Shown here piece after piece: positions 12,406 through 24,459 of a stretch of 64,000 bases of DNA. The number at the start of each line of letters is the position of its first letter. The first letter of the stretch is position 1. The notes below the pieces were generated by a model. It searched no databases. It had not been told where the DNA came from and saw nothing but the letters and a program-made list of their open reading frames with translations. The DNA is from Paragordius varius (Eukaryota; Animalia; Nematomorpha). The stretch lies in assembly GCA_964247055.1 (NCBI GenBank), contig OZ176050.1, forward strand, positions 13,578,001-13,642,000. Direction: 5' to 3'. The position numbers and the translations under genes were made by a program.

Positions 12406-15400
12406 ATTTACAGTTCAAATTCACCCTAAAAATAAATAAGTATTTTTGAACTAATATAACTCATCATTAATAATAAAATATATCTTTATGGCATAATTTA
12501 TTATTTTTTCGGTATTATTTTAATTTAAAACAAATTTTTATTTTTTAAAAATATATAAAAATAGAGGTAATTTTTAATCTTAAAAAACATATAACTTATT
12601 TGAGGGTGATTTTAAATTGTTCGAGGGATTTGAATTGTAAATGGTATATAACATTTATTATCAAGATAAAACATCAAAATCTTAATTATATTTACAAAAA
12701 GATCATACATTTTTTTAAAGAAATTTTATATTTTATAAATTCTCAAAATTAAAAATTACTTGTAACTGGAGTGATTTTGGGTTTATCTTTTCCCTCTTTG
12801 GTAGTATCATCCTGTTCAATTTTTGTACTTTCAGTCGATTTGCCTTCCATTTGTTTTTGTTCATCAGTGCCTTTAAATATAAAAAATATGGTTTTTTATT
12901 GCTAAATATATTAATATAAATTTTTTGCTTTTCATTCTAAAATTTAAATTAAACTTTTTATATTATTTATAAAATTGTAAAATAATTTATTAACCTTCGA
13001 AAATCTATGTATTGAATTAAAAAAAGATTAATTTTAAAGCTGTTAAATTTTAAATAGTAAAATATTTCATATGCATTATTAATTTTACTTTTTGTAGTAG
13101 AGGTCGATGTATTTGATTTTTTCAATAAATTGCTCAAATTTTTGGCAAGTTTATCTGTGGTGACAGATATGCCATCTTTCTTTTTGGCATCTTTACTGAT
13201 TGTTTCACTTTTCTAAATCAATGGATATCCCATATTTAAAATTATAAACAGTGGGCTTTAGAAAGACAGTTGAAATTAAAAATATTCAGACTAAATTTTA
13301 GTTAAAACTCTATTAAATAACTTATGTTATAACTCTTATAATCCTCATAATAATTTTTCAAAAACTTTATGATTTCGGGTATCAAACATGGAGTTAATGT
13401 AACACCTTTTTAATAATTACATATCCGCTTATTTTACAACCGTATAATCATATATGTTGTATCCACAAGTATTAAAAAATATATATGGTTTTACATTTTC
13501 TAAATACAAGTTATCTACACTTTAAATTGACTTTATATATTTCCGTCTTTAAAGTATAAATGATGAGATCCAATCAATGTTAATGAAATTATAAGTAAAT
13601 TGAATTTCAAACAGAATAAAAATATAGATAAAAACTTCTCACTTTAACTGTGTCGGGTTCATAATGTTCGCTGCATATGTGAAGAAACTCTTGAACTTTC
13701 AATACATTACCCGTACCTATTACAATATATATAAAGTAAAAATTTTAAGACTGTAGGCAAAAAATTGTTAGTAAAACAAATTTTTTGTAAAAATTTATAC
13801 TGGTTCCTAAACTCTACTTTTATGGTAAACACAAATTTAACATTTGTCCTAAAATTATATTGTTAACCCCTTTTTAAAACAGGATTTACAATAATATTTG
13901 TAAAGGTAAAAATAAAAAGTTAAAACAAAAATCCTTATTATTAAAATATCAAATTTTTCTTGAAATCATATATTTTCAATTATCTTTTATCATTTAAAAT
14001 GGGTCAAAAGTGCCTGAAAATAAGTTGTTAAAAATTATGGTTGTATTTATAAAAAATTCAATTTAGTTTTATCTTTTTATTTCAATTACCCTTTTTATGA
14101 AAAAAATATAAAGCTTTTATGACTTTTAACAATGGTTTAAAATTTTTTTTATAGAATAAATCTCTTGGCTGGGTATACCTGCATATGCACAAGCTTCAAT
14201 CAATGTTTTAGACATGCTTCGAATCGGTTCTGTAACGGCATCTAAACTATGGCAAACAACTTCGACGGCCTCTTGCTTTCCTAAAATAGAACAAAAATAA
14301 AAAATGTAAGGCAAAATAAAATATTTTATGTTAGACTTATTCATAAATATAAAAAAGTGTTATATATATATTGATATCCAATTTAATTTTCGCATAACGT
14401 TTGTAATTGTATAATCTTTATGGATAATCCGTAATATTGGATATTGCGACTTATTTTCATTTGTAAGTTTGACTTTAATTTATTCATGTTAAATTTTACC
14501 ATTGATAAAATTAAAAAATCAAATTCATTATAAACGTACAATATTATCAAAAAAATACTTTAAACTATTAAATGATTATGTATATGTATATATACCATTT
14601 ACAGTTTAAATTCACCCTCGAACAATTTAAATTCACCCTTAAACAGTTCAAATTCACCCTTAAATTAAATTAAAAAATTTCGGTCTAATACAACTCATCA
14701 TTTAAATTTAATATATTTTTATGGCTATTATTTTGATAACATACAAAATTTTCTTTTTAAAAAATAAAAAAAAATATAGGTAATATTTAATCTTAAAAAA
14801 CATATAAATTATTTTAGGGTGAATTTAAATTGTTCAAGGGTGAAGAATTGTTCAAGGGTGAATTAAACTGTAAATGGTATATTTCTTTCCCCTTCAACAT
14901 ATAAATACATAAACTACACATAATTATAACTATTTAAAGCTACTTAATCAAATCAAATAAAATGATGACAAAAAAAAGAATAACCCATATTTGTAAGTGC
15001 TAAGGAGAGCGCTAAAAATCGACATGGGGTAAGGTTTGCACGTAACTCAATATCCGATTTTTCCAAGAAAATACTCAAAACTGCATTTGTTAAATCAGTG
15101 CATTCAGAGCCGATGGCTATAAGACCACAGGAGAGTGCACATATTCCTAGAGTCTGTCATCCAAATAAAAAATAAATTGAATTTACAGTTAAAATTGGAA
15201 TTATACGGACAAAACGTAATATTAAAACAATTATGTTTCTAAATACATTAAATTTAATTTATTCAAATATATCTGTCATCGTTTTGAGTTGGTTACAAAA
15301 TAGGAAATAGAAATGTGTAAATCTACTCAAATATAACATTAATATTGTAATATATATAGTTTATATGGTTTGAAAGATTATGATTGTTTTGTCTTTTATA

Positions 15401-18400
15401 ACAAAAAAATATTTGTCTTTATATTTTTACGCTTTGTTCGTATATATTTAATTTTTACTTACTGGAGTAAAATTGGATTGAAAAAATATTTTTAAATTAG
15501 TTTTTCCTACCTCCATACTAGCTTTTGGATCACGTAAGCCCTCTAACAGCAATGACAAAACATCTTCACGTTTTGAACCGGCATAAGCTAAACCAAGACT
15601 AAAATAAGGAAATAACTTTATAAAAATCATATATATATATTCACAATTTTTATTCGCCCTCGAACAATTCAATCATTCTCAAATAAATTTTATATTTTTA
15701 AGATTAAAAATTACATATATTTTTAAAAAAAAATTTGTTTTAAATTAAAAGAATACTGAAAAAATAATAAACTCCGCCATTAAGATATATTTCATATATT
15801 AATAATTAATTATATTAGTTCGAAAACACAAAATTCATTTTTAGAAGGTATTTAAACTTTAAATGGTTATCATAAATAAGTTATGATAAAAGAAGTAACA
15901 AATTTAATACAATAAAAACGAATAATATGGATACCTTAATATTAAAAAATAAATAGTAATCAATAAAAATTTTGATAATAAAGAAAACAAGGGAAAAGCA
16001 AATATTGTATTAATAAGTAATAAAAAAATTTTCAAACCGGAGCATTAGTTTTTTCAAAAAAATCGTATTAAATCGTAAAACAAAAGTTTAAATTTTAATT
16101 CTTTAGAAATAAAAACTATAAATCATTCATTTATGTATAAGGTATGCACATTAATTCTTGGCCAATTAGTACTGCAGCGTATGTTATAAAACAAATATTG
16201 TCCATAATTACATAAAATTTAATGTTGTAAGCTTGAAAACAATTGTATTTTCAACCATTGTTTTACTGAAATACCACCTAGCCAATAATAACGTGATTTA
16301 ACCAACATTAATGTGCATACTGTATATTAATACATAATACTTAATACTTTTAGATATACTTTTATTCAATGCTTGTCTCAAAAAATATAAAATTAAAATT
16401 TGCAAAATATAATTACCCAATAAAAGATGCCAATCGAAGAATAGTACTATCACTGCTCACATAATCGGCTAATAGGGCGAGAGCCGGATCACAATCATTG
16501 TGGACGCCTGTATTAACAATTCCACATGCCATTAATGCACCAGCCTAATCATAAAAAAATGATTATTATTTTTTAAAATTCATTGTTTAGAAATTTTTGA
16601 ATGTTATAAGTAGGGGCTTTGATTCAAACGAATTATTATTTTATACCATTTACAATTCAAATCCACCTTTTAACAATTTAAATTCACCCTTTAACAATTC
16701 AAATTTACCCTTTAACAATTCAAATTCACCCTCGAACAATTCGAATTCCCCCTTTAACAATTCAAATTCACCCTCGAACAATTCGAATTCACCCTCGTAC
16801 AATTAAATTCACCCTTTAACAATTCAAATTCACGAAATTGATTTATACCATTTACTGTTCAAATTTACTCTTAAACAATTCAAATTCACCCTTTAATAAA
16901 TCAAATTTACCATTTAACAATTCAAATTTACCCTTTAACAAATCAAATTTACCATTTAACAATTCAAATTTACCCTTTAACAATTCGAATTCACCCTAGA
17001 ATAATTCAAGTTCCCCCTTTAACAATTCAAATTCACCCTCAAACAATTCAAATTTACCCTTTAACAATTCAAATTCACCCTTTAACAATTCAAATTCAAG
17101 AAATCAATATATTATACCATTTACAGTTCAAATTTATCCTTTAACAACTCAAATTCACCCTCGAACAATTCAAATTTACCCTAAAAATAAATTATGTGTT
17201 TTTGAACTAATATAATTCAATATACCCACAGTTTATTATTTTTTCAATATTATTTTAATTTACAACAAAATTTTATTTTTTAAAAATATATAAAAATATA
17301 GCTAATTTTTCATCTTAAAATATAACTTGAGGATGAATTTGAATTGTTCAAGAGTGAATTTGAATTGTTCGAGGGTGAATTTGAATTATTCAAGGGTGAC
17401 GATAAATCATTAATGGCAATTTATACCATGATAAAGAAATAATGTAGAACATACTTAAAGTTACGTAATTTAATATAATTGATTGAGTTTAAACAATTTT
17501 TCTACTCTATATATTATACGTAATGATTGATAATTGATGATATGTAACTTAAAAAACAAAAAAAAGCCAAAAATTATAAATTTAAATTTAGCTACCTTTA
17601 TATACTCCTCAGTAGTGTAAAGGTATTTATCGATTTGGGTAAAACCTGTATCCACATCCCAAAGATATATTAAACCAAGCGAAGCTGTTGCACTCATCAT
17701 AGCTATACAATAAATATTAAATATAGACTAAAAAACCATTCCTTTTTAGATACTAGATCTATTAATATTTAAAGGTACATAATAAAGTTAGTAAATTAAT
17801 ATAAGTGTGTGCCAAAATTTTCATGACTAAATACTTTTTTAATATATGAAGGAAGCTATAATTAATCGAGAATACAATAAGGCTCTTAGTTTTTCAAAAT
17901 ATATAAATACCAAAAACAATAAATTCCCTTTCAAAAAATATTGAATATAAAATTAAATATATTAAATATAATGATATATGAGAACTAATTTACAGTTGAA
18001 AAAAGTATAAATTACTAATTGTTTTTTTATTACCAAATAAAATATATAGCAAAGAGCATTTATATTGGCTAATATAAAAGTGAAAATAACTATAAACCAA
18101 TAATACTGCCCTTTGCCGTATATGCCATTTGGCAATAATTAATAAAAAAAATAGTAAAGTAATCTCATACTGTAAATGGCATAACTTTAAACATAAATTA
18201 ATAAATGTCTATCAAGTATAGAGTATAAAAACTGCTTTTTAACCAAATATATTTAGTTTTTTCAATTTTCAGTTAATAATGGCTAAAAAATAGATAAATC
18301 ATCCACTTTTAAGACTATTTCTGTACAATTTTTCCAAAAAAATAAAAATCAAGCAAAATATCGATTATTTCAAGTAATGAAAATTACCATGATCTTTGTT

Positions 18401-21253
18401 CTTGTAAATCCATTTATTTCCACCATCAATCGTGAGGAGTTTATCGCGACCGAAACCAGCATTTAGGAAACCATTAACGAAAGATGAAGCCAGATTTTGA
18501 CGGGCACTATCGACCTGAGCCCCTGAAGCACCAAGCCCAAAACTCGGTCCTAAAACACGTGTGCAATTATTAATTCTCAAAAGTTTTGTTGAAAATAACT
18601 AAAAAAAATTGTGTAAAAGTTAGTTTTTAATCACTACTAGTTATTGAAAGTTGAGTTATGATAACAAGGGATTCTTTTGTTAAAATTAGTTTAATATCAT
18701 TTCAATACAAAAAAAAATTGTGTAAAAGTTATTTTTAATCACTTTTAGTTATTGAGGAAAGGATATTTTTACAATAAGATTAGTTTAATATCATTTCGAT
18801 AGGTGAAAATTGATTCTAAAAGTTAACAATCATTACTCAATTCACAAACCATCAGACAACTAAAATTATAAAACTAATAATTAAAATTTTAATCAAACAA
18901 CTATACCAAAATTTAAGCCTTAAATACATTTATATTCTACTTCGACACTACATTTTACCGCTAAAAATTATAAGATACTTTGCTTTAAAAAAAGATATTT
19001 TGCTTAATCTAAAGTAAAATCTTCTTACTGATAGGGTCAAGGTGAGATTTGTAAACGTCTTCAGGAACTTTGGGTTCAAGGATATCCAATTCACGAGCCA
19101 ACGATAAGAATTGCGTATTGAGTTGCGTGTTTGAAAGAATTTCATTAATTTCTTCACCAATCATCCCCATGGCAACGGCGGCATCTTTAGTATGTTGTCC
19201 CTCATTTATATCCATAGCCATAACTGTATCATCAGCACTTAAATAATTGATACTTTGACGGGCTAAAATGTAAGCCAACTGCTTTTTCATTGCACTATGA
19301 ATATATATAGGTATATAGGTATGTAACAATTAACATGTATAAATATGCGATATAAAACTACGTAAATTTTAGGTTTCGTATATATATTATAGCCCCCCCC
19401 CCCCCCCCAAAAAAAAAAAAACTTTGCAAAATATGATTAAATTACATATATATTAATTTAAAAATTAACGGTTTACCAGTATTTAAAATTATTTTATGCC
19501 CCCTAATACCATTTTTAAAGTAAAACTCCAAAATACAAATATCCTTCACACTTTTATATACCATTTATAGTTTAAATTCACCCTTGAACAATTCAAATTC
19601 ACCCTCGAACAATTCAAATTCACCCTTAAACAATTCAAATTCACCCTAAAAATCAATTATCTGTTTTCGGGCCTATATAACTCATTTTTAATACGAAATA
19701 ATATAGTTAATATATAAACTTATATTATTTTAGTGTGAATTTGAATTGTTTAAGGGTGAATTTGAATTGTGAATGCTATATTAAAAATTATATGGATCCA
19801 TCTAAAAAAATTTACCTATCGGTACATGCATCGAAAATAGATTTGACAAGATGTGGATCATTCATTTGAAGAGCCAAAATCATTGCTTCAACAGGCTTTT
19901 GGAATTGTTGATAAATTTCGAGTGCAGTTCGCAACAAATTCATATTGTCCGGTTCGGGGACATAATTGATACAGCTATATGTGACAAATTTCAACAAATA
20001 ATAAAAAAAATTTTCGGAATATTCACACAAAAAAACCTGACATTTAGCCAAGCCAAAATTAAAAAATTGTTAATTTTTTTCAAAAACATAATATTTGAAT
20101 CTAAATATGTTTCAACATCATTGGAAAACTAAATGAAATCTGAGCAACATACACTGTATGTAAATATATACCCACTTAATTTCAAAGACTGCTAAACAAA
20201 CTCAAAATACATTTGCTAACTTATCTAAAAAAAGTTTTAAAAAATCCTTCTGCCAAAACATACCTGACAAGATAAAGAGCTACTCTCTGATAATTTTCGG
20301 CATCCACGTGTTGTTTGATCAAAGAAAGCGATTCAATATCCATGAGTAAATCACATGCCTCAGTTTCACTATTGTGAGCCATACTAAACTTCACAATGTC
20401 ACGAATGAGGGAATGAATTTTTTCCCGATTACATTGAACGAGATGGGTAAGCGTAGGTGAAACCACAGCTGGTAAAGTGTGTTGATTATCAACAGTTTTA
20501 TTTTCTGGTTCAGAACCGCTATTTTTGGCATTTGGAGATGTTAGGGTTTCTGTCACTATAGGCCATACTAAACGGACTTCTGCAGACAAATGTCTATAGA
20601 TTTGCGTGAAATTAATTTGGATTTAACAATAATGAGTGAGTAAATATTTTATTTATCAAATTTTGTATTAAAATTTGAGAATAAGATAAACAGATTAAAA
20701 CAAGTAAATGTAAAAAGGATGTTGAGTTTGTTTAAATAAAAATCAGTACCTGACATATTCATGACCCCAGCTACCAATTTCTTCATTTGATCCCATCAAT
20801 CGATATTTCAAACATTCTTGATTCTCAGACGCAAAAGTCATCGATAGTACTGAAACTATGTCTGCACAAAATTCCTAAAAAGTAAAAAAAAGAAAAATTA
20901 CTTTAGTTGATTTGTCAATAATTTTATCATGTATCTCTTTAAGATTATTAAAGTAAGGCCGTAAAAATTTAAGTGGTTTTGGTACGGATGTCATTGAAGT
21001 TGTCGAAGTTCGAATCATAGTTCTCAACAGTTCTAGTGCATTCCGATATAGCTTTTGATCAGGTTCCTTAAATATTATAAATATTTATATACGTTTAAAC
21101 GCTCTATCAACAAATCAATTTCTTCTTTAATTTGTTTATCTTCATCGCTCTAAAATTAAAATGTTATTTTACCAATTCTACGATAATGGGTGCATCATTC
21201 TCTTTTAATTTTTTTTCGCTTTTTTCCACATTTTGAGGTGGTTCAGGGGCCAT
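3034..21253 (-). CDS. PSMD2: 26S proteasome non-ATPase regulatory subunit 2 (RPN1), 23 exons, 1141 aa
   Basis: Exons (minus strand): 21253-21173, 21149-21093, 21066-20902, 20874-20750, 20593-20264, 19974-19816, 19294-19029, 18549-18388, 17702-17596, 16544-16417, 15598-15511, 15153-14985, 14280-14179, 13716-13643, 13212-13089, 12870-12760, 10958-10776, 10029-9922, 9351-9185, 8254-8083, 5505-5263, 4604-4486, 3219-3034. All introns are GT-AG and phases are consistent (3426 nt). RPN1 motifs include [72 protein letters not shown] and [19 protein letters not shown]...KKNPNY. Confidence 0.97.
3257..3612. mobile_element. MITE family A (TIR TATACCATTTACAGTTCAAATTCACCC, internal 21-bp repeats)
   Basis: Further copies at about 7283-7470, 12399-12650, 14591-14881, 15650-15870, 16642-17400, 19556-19781, 27009-27230, 36676-36922, 60110-60400 and 60437-60705. 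All are inserted in TA context and share an AT-rich core. Superfamily not assigned. Confidence 0.9.
5029..5250. repeat. 3 x ~74-bp tandem repeat next to the exon-21 donor
   Basis: AAACCCTTTAAATTACAAACCACATCTAAA...GTACCTTATAAATTTACAAAA at 5029, 5103 and 5177. Confidence 0.9.
5486..6800 (-). repeat. Tandem array (about 13 units of 70-110 bp) of PSMD2 exon-21 acceptor + first codons + MITE-B terminus
   Basis: The plus-strand unit ATCCTTGCATTATTTGTCCCTATT...ACAGTAAAA(A)TTGAAATTA..GGACAAAACGTAAATATATA recurs from 5487 to about 6760. Its first part is the reverse complement of AATAG|GGACAAATAATGCAAGGAT (G-T-N-N-A-R-I). Confidence 0.92.
7745..8020. mobile_element. Penelope-like element terminal-repeat relic with inverted partial copy
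   Basis: About 7745-7852 is the reverse complement of about 7908-8010 (AATCGCAGACTAGTTTCGTGCTTGT vs ACAAGTACCAAACTAGTCTGCGATT). It carries the hammerhead, and a homologous segment lies at about 58740-58910. Confidence 0.65.
7889..7931 (+). ncRNA. Minimal type I hammerhead ribozyme (Penelope-type), core mutated
   Basis: GTCGTA CTGATGA GTTC TAACAA GTAC CAAA CTAG TC TGCGAT: stem I GUCGUA/UGCGAU, CUGAUGA core, palindromic CUAG stem III, GUC cleavage triplet. GAAA is mutated to CAAA. Confidence 0.75.
8320..8725. repeat. 3 degenerate ~120-bp tandem units in PSMD2 intron 19
   Basis: GCAGAA(T/A)AAGGAATACTA(T)AAATACCGT...TATTAATATCTGCAGATTATTAATCAA seen three times. Confidence 0.85.
9500..9815. repeat. 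2 x ~160-bp duplication around a (TA)n tract in intron 18
   Basis: GGATAA(A)GTCATTTCAAAAA(A)G(C/G)CATATATAT...TTTAACATAATAAATTATA occurs twice. Confidence 0.75.
10940..12260 (-). repeat. Tandem array (5 units of 220-300 bp) including the PSMD2 exon-17 acceptor and first ~15 exon nt plus MITE-B-like sequence
   Basis: TTTTCGGGTGCTAAAGTGAAG...TTATAAAGACAAAAACTTTACAAC...AAAATCAGGGTTTAAAAAAGTATGGGTGTCTTT recurs at about 10945, 11167, 11445, 11692 and 11990. Confidence 0.9.
16642..17400. repeat. Expanded MITE-A with three heads and a long 21-bp minisatellite (AACAATTCAAATTCACCCTTT)
   Basis: The head TATACCATTTAC occurs at about 16642, 16845 and 17114. More than 20 units of the 21-mer, and a single right terminus. 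Confidence 0.9.
18601..18790. repeat. 2 x ~112-bp duplication in intron 7
   Basis: AAAAAAATTGTGTAAAAGTTA.TTTTTAATCACT..TAGTTATTGA at about 18601 and 18712. Confidence 0.8.
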
Positions 21254-22218
21254 TTGTTTGGATGTTCAAATGATATATGAAAATCTTTTTTTATTTTTTC
21301 CTAAATAACATAGGCATAAAACCAAAGTAATATTAAATTTTATATATTATGATAATATCATTTCAAATTTATTTGTATAACAATAAACGCGACATCCAAG
21401 TGTGAGAGTGTCAGCCAGGGATATAGAAAAATCTCTTTTTTTGTCCCAAATAATTATGTTTGATGTAATAATGTTTTAAAAATATTTTTTTATGTGCATA
21501 ACATTAGACAATTTTAACTTATTTGAATTTTTTTTAACTTAATATCATATATAATATAAGCCCTTTATTTTATGGATGGGGTGGTAAAAAAGTCGCACTT
21601 GACTTGTAAGCCAAGTGTGGCAAGTTGAGCTTTACTTAAGCCAGCAAGTTGTTTATATTTCAACCCGTTAGCTGTCGTTTTTAAAATAATAAAACCATTC
21701 GCCTTTACACACTCTTATATTATTTTACTACAAGTTTAACCCTAATACATGTATAATATATATATATATATATATATATATTGGCATATAACTTAATTAT
21801 TTATTTTAAGCAATACCAGTCTCATGAAAAATCAATTTCGCTCAAAATTCTAAGGTTAATACAAGTAAAAATACTTGGATATATTTATAGATTGTTGCAG
21901 GCTAAGTACGTAACTACTTTAATAGGACGCACCCTGGACAATTGTCGTTTTGATCCTGTAGATATATAAAAAAATTAATTTATTTTTTTTGAAAATACAT
22001 ATATAACCTTTTAAAATATAGATATGTTATTTTAAAGAATATCGTTCCATTATTAAAATTTATATTATGCAGGTTATCCTACAGTGAAAATTATACATGA
22101 ACAATTTTTTAACAAATCGGAGCGCAAAAATAGAGTTGCAACATATAAAACGTTTGTTAAGAATTAATGATGAGAGCATCGATTTTATAACTACACAAAT
22201 TTTCCCTAATGATATTAA

Positions 22219-22768
22219 CACTTGGATACAACACACTCATTTTAGTTCTTCGATTCGAATTGGGGTAGTTGGATACCCCAGGCCTGTTTAAGATCAAATA
22301 CTTTACAAAGTATGGAAGCAATCAAAACCATGGCAAAATTTTGCATTTATATAATATAAATAAACGAAATATATAAAAAAAATTATTCAAAAATACTTGA
22401 TATTACTTATTTTGAACAAAAGCTGAAAGGTAAAAATTTAGTCAACGTGACATGCGTCAAAATTTAAATAAAAAAATAATACAAAATAAACCGCTTTTTC
22501 TATTTCTATTAATGTTAGATGTAATTTATATAAAAAATATGCTTTAGTTTTACCCTTAAATGGAGACGTTGTAAAAAAATGTCGTCGAAATATTTTGTGA
22601 TGGACCTTTTTCTAAAACAAAATTTTATCAAGATATTTTGGCAAATTTATATAATATTTATCAGGATAGAAACATATATTTAAATTAAGACCGTTTCATT
22701 CAGTAGTTTTTAAATTTTAATTTAACTTTAGTCTGGGGTATATAGATACCCCAGATTAAATTGAGGTG
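22219..22768. mobile_element. piggyBac-type MITE (TTAA target)
   Basis: TTAA|CACTT...GGTG|TTAA, with subterminal hairpins GGGGTAGTTGGATACCCC and GGGGTATATAGATACCCC. An inverted second copy lies at 33161-33741. Confidence 0.8.
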
Positions 22769-22913
22769 TTAATGAAATAATACGTGGCGCACTTTTGCAC
22801 AGATGATTTTAATATCAGCTGTTTGTTTCAATCGTGATCTGGATTTGTCGCAATTTTGACTTTAGAAATCACAAAACTGATAAAATATAAGATATTTTAT
22901 AATACATAGGAAC

Positions 22914-23576
22914 TAGGGTTGTGCATTTGACTGCTTTTTCAAAAATGTCCGGTACTCATTCAGAGGTCATGACCCTTATTACTTAAGTATATATCATGCA
23001 ATATTGCATGAAAATAATGTTAGAACAACACTTGTGTTTCACTAATCATGTTGTTTCTTAATTTTTTAATATACATTTTTGTGATATTTTTATTTACAAA
23101 TATTTTCAATCAAATTTAATCAATTTTTTTTCAAATAAATTTTGTCATATGTTTGTGGCCTTTTAAATCTTGAATTACATAGCTTTTAATACTGATATTT
23201 CATATAAAATTTTACATGGCTTGTTTTACACTTTCTTTCATCATTGAAATAGCCAATAAAAATTTTTTTCATTTTATTATTTAACATATATGGAATAATA
23301 TATTTTGCAAAGTGCTTGATTGTCTTGATTTTCGATATAACTGGATATGCTTAAATGCTAATGTTATAAGGATGCATGTTTAACAATTTTATATTGCTCT
23401 AACATATTTATATAAAAAACAATAAAATCTAACTATCTCTCTTCCAAAAAAAATTTACCACCAATTTTTCAAAAAACAGGTGTTTTTTAAAATGACCATG
23501 GTCAAAAATAAATGGTCACTGAGATGGTCATGGTCCGGTTAAATGAACGGGTCACGACTTGGTCAGCATAACCCTA
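22914..23576. mobile_element. Non-autonomous hAT element with 8-bp TSD, nested in another MITE
   Basis: Termini TAGGGTTGTGCA / AGCATAACCCTA; flanks ATAGGAAC / ATAGGAAT. The host repeat (ATCAGCTG family) resumes after it. Confidence 0.8.
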
Positions 23577-24459
23577 ATAGGAATAATGCTTGAAATTTTA
23601 ACTAAAATAACTTTCTAAACTGTGGTTAAAATTCAAAAATTAAACTCTGGGATATAAAAATATATCAAAATGTAAACTAGGACAAAAAGTCATTATGTCA
23701 TGAGAATAATACCCATTTAAATATGGTCTAAGGTAAATTAATTATCTCAATTAAAAACACATTTCTAATAGTTCGGTGATGCTGATATGTTAAATTGAAT
23801 AAAATAAACGCTGATCGTTTAGATATAATTATATTATTAACAAGAATTAACTTAAATTTGAAAGCACGCCCTTTCAAATCTAGATTCTGCGGTTAAAATC
23901 TACCTCCATTGAAATATAGAGTAAAAGTGTTTAAATATTTTTATAAGTCTTCTTATACCCTTTGCACAATCCTTTAAAATAATATTAAACTTGTCATAAT
24001 ATAATTAAATTATTAAGCAAATATTCATTTTTCAAAAAACCTTTTTTAATGTCAAAATTTACCTTACATATAAAATTTTTATCGCTCAGTCTTGTCTTTC
24101 TTTTTAACTTGCCCATAACGGGTCCAAAAATTAGACTTTCGGTGCCCATCTAAAAAATAAAAATATTGATTTGCTTATCTGTAGTTTGTAATATATTTTG
24201 ATAATATTTTTTGGAGTGAAATACTTTTTTAATAATGTGGGCAAACTACCATTCTGATACACTATAAATGTGTATACTCGTAAGCATAATTAAAATAATC
24301 ATCAGAATCCAGATCCATCGATCTATAAAAAAAATATATATAGCATCAATATATTTTATTCATGGATACTGTATAAAACAACTAAAAATACAAAATTTGC
24401 TGCAAAATGTATTTCTAAATTAAAATAACAATTGCCGTACTCTTTAACGATTGTCTCGC

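Noticed and set aside
16597-16806. ORF with NNSNSPF repeats (also 3177-3365 and 60339-60524)
   Set aside because: Translations of the 21-bp MITE-A minisatellite.
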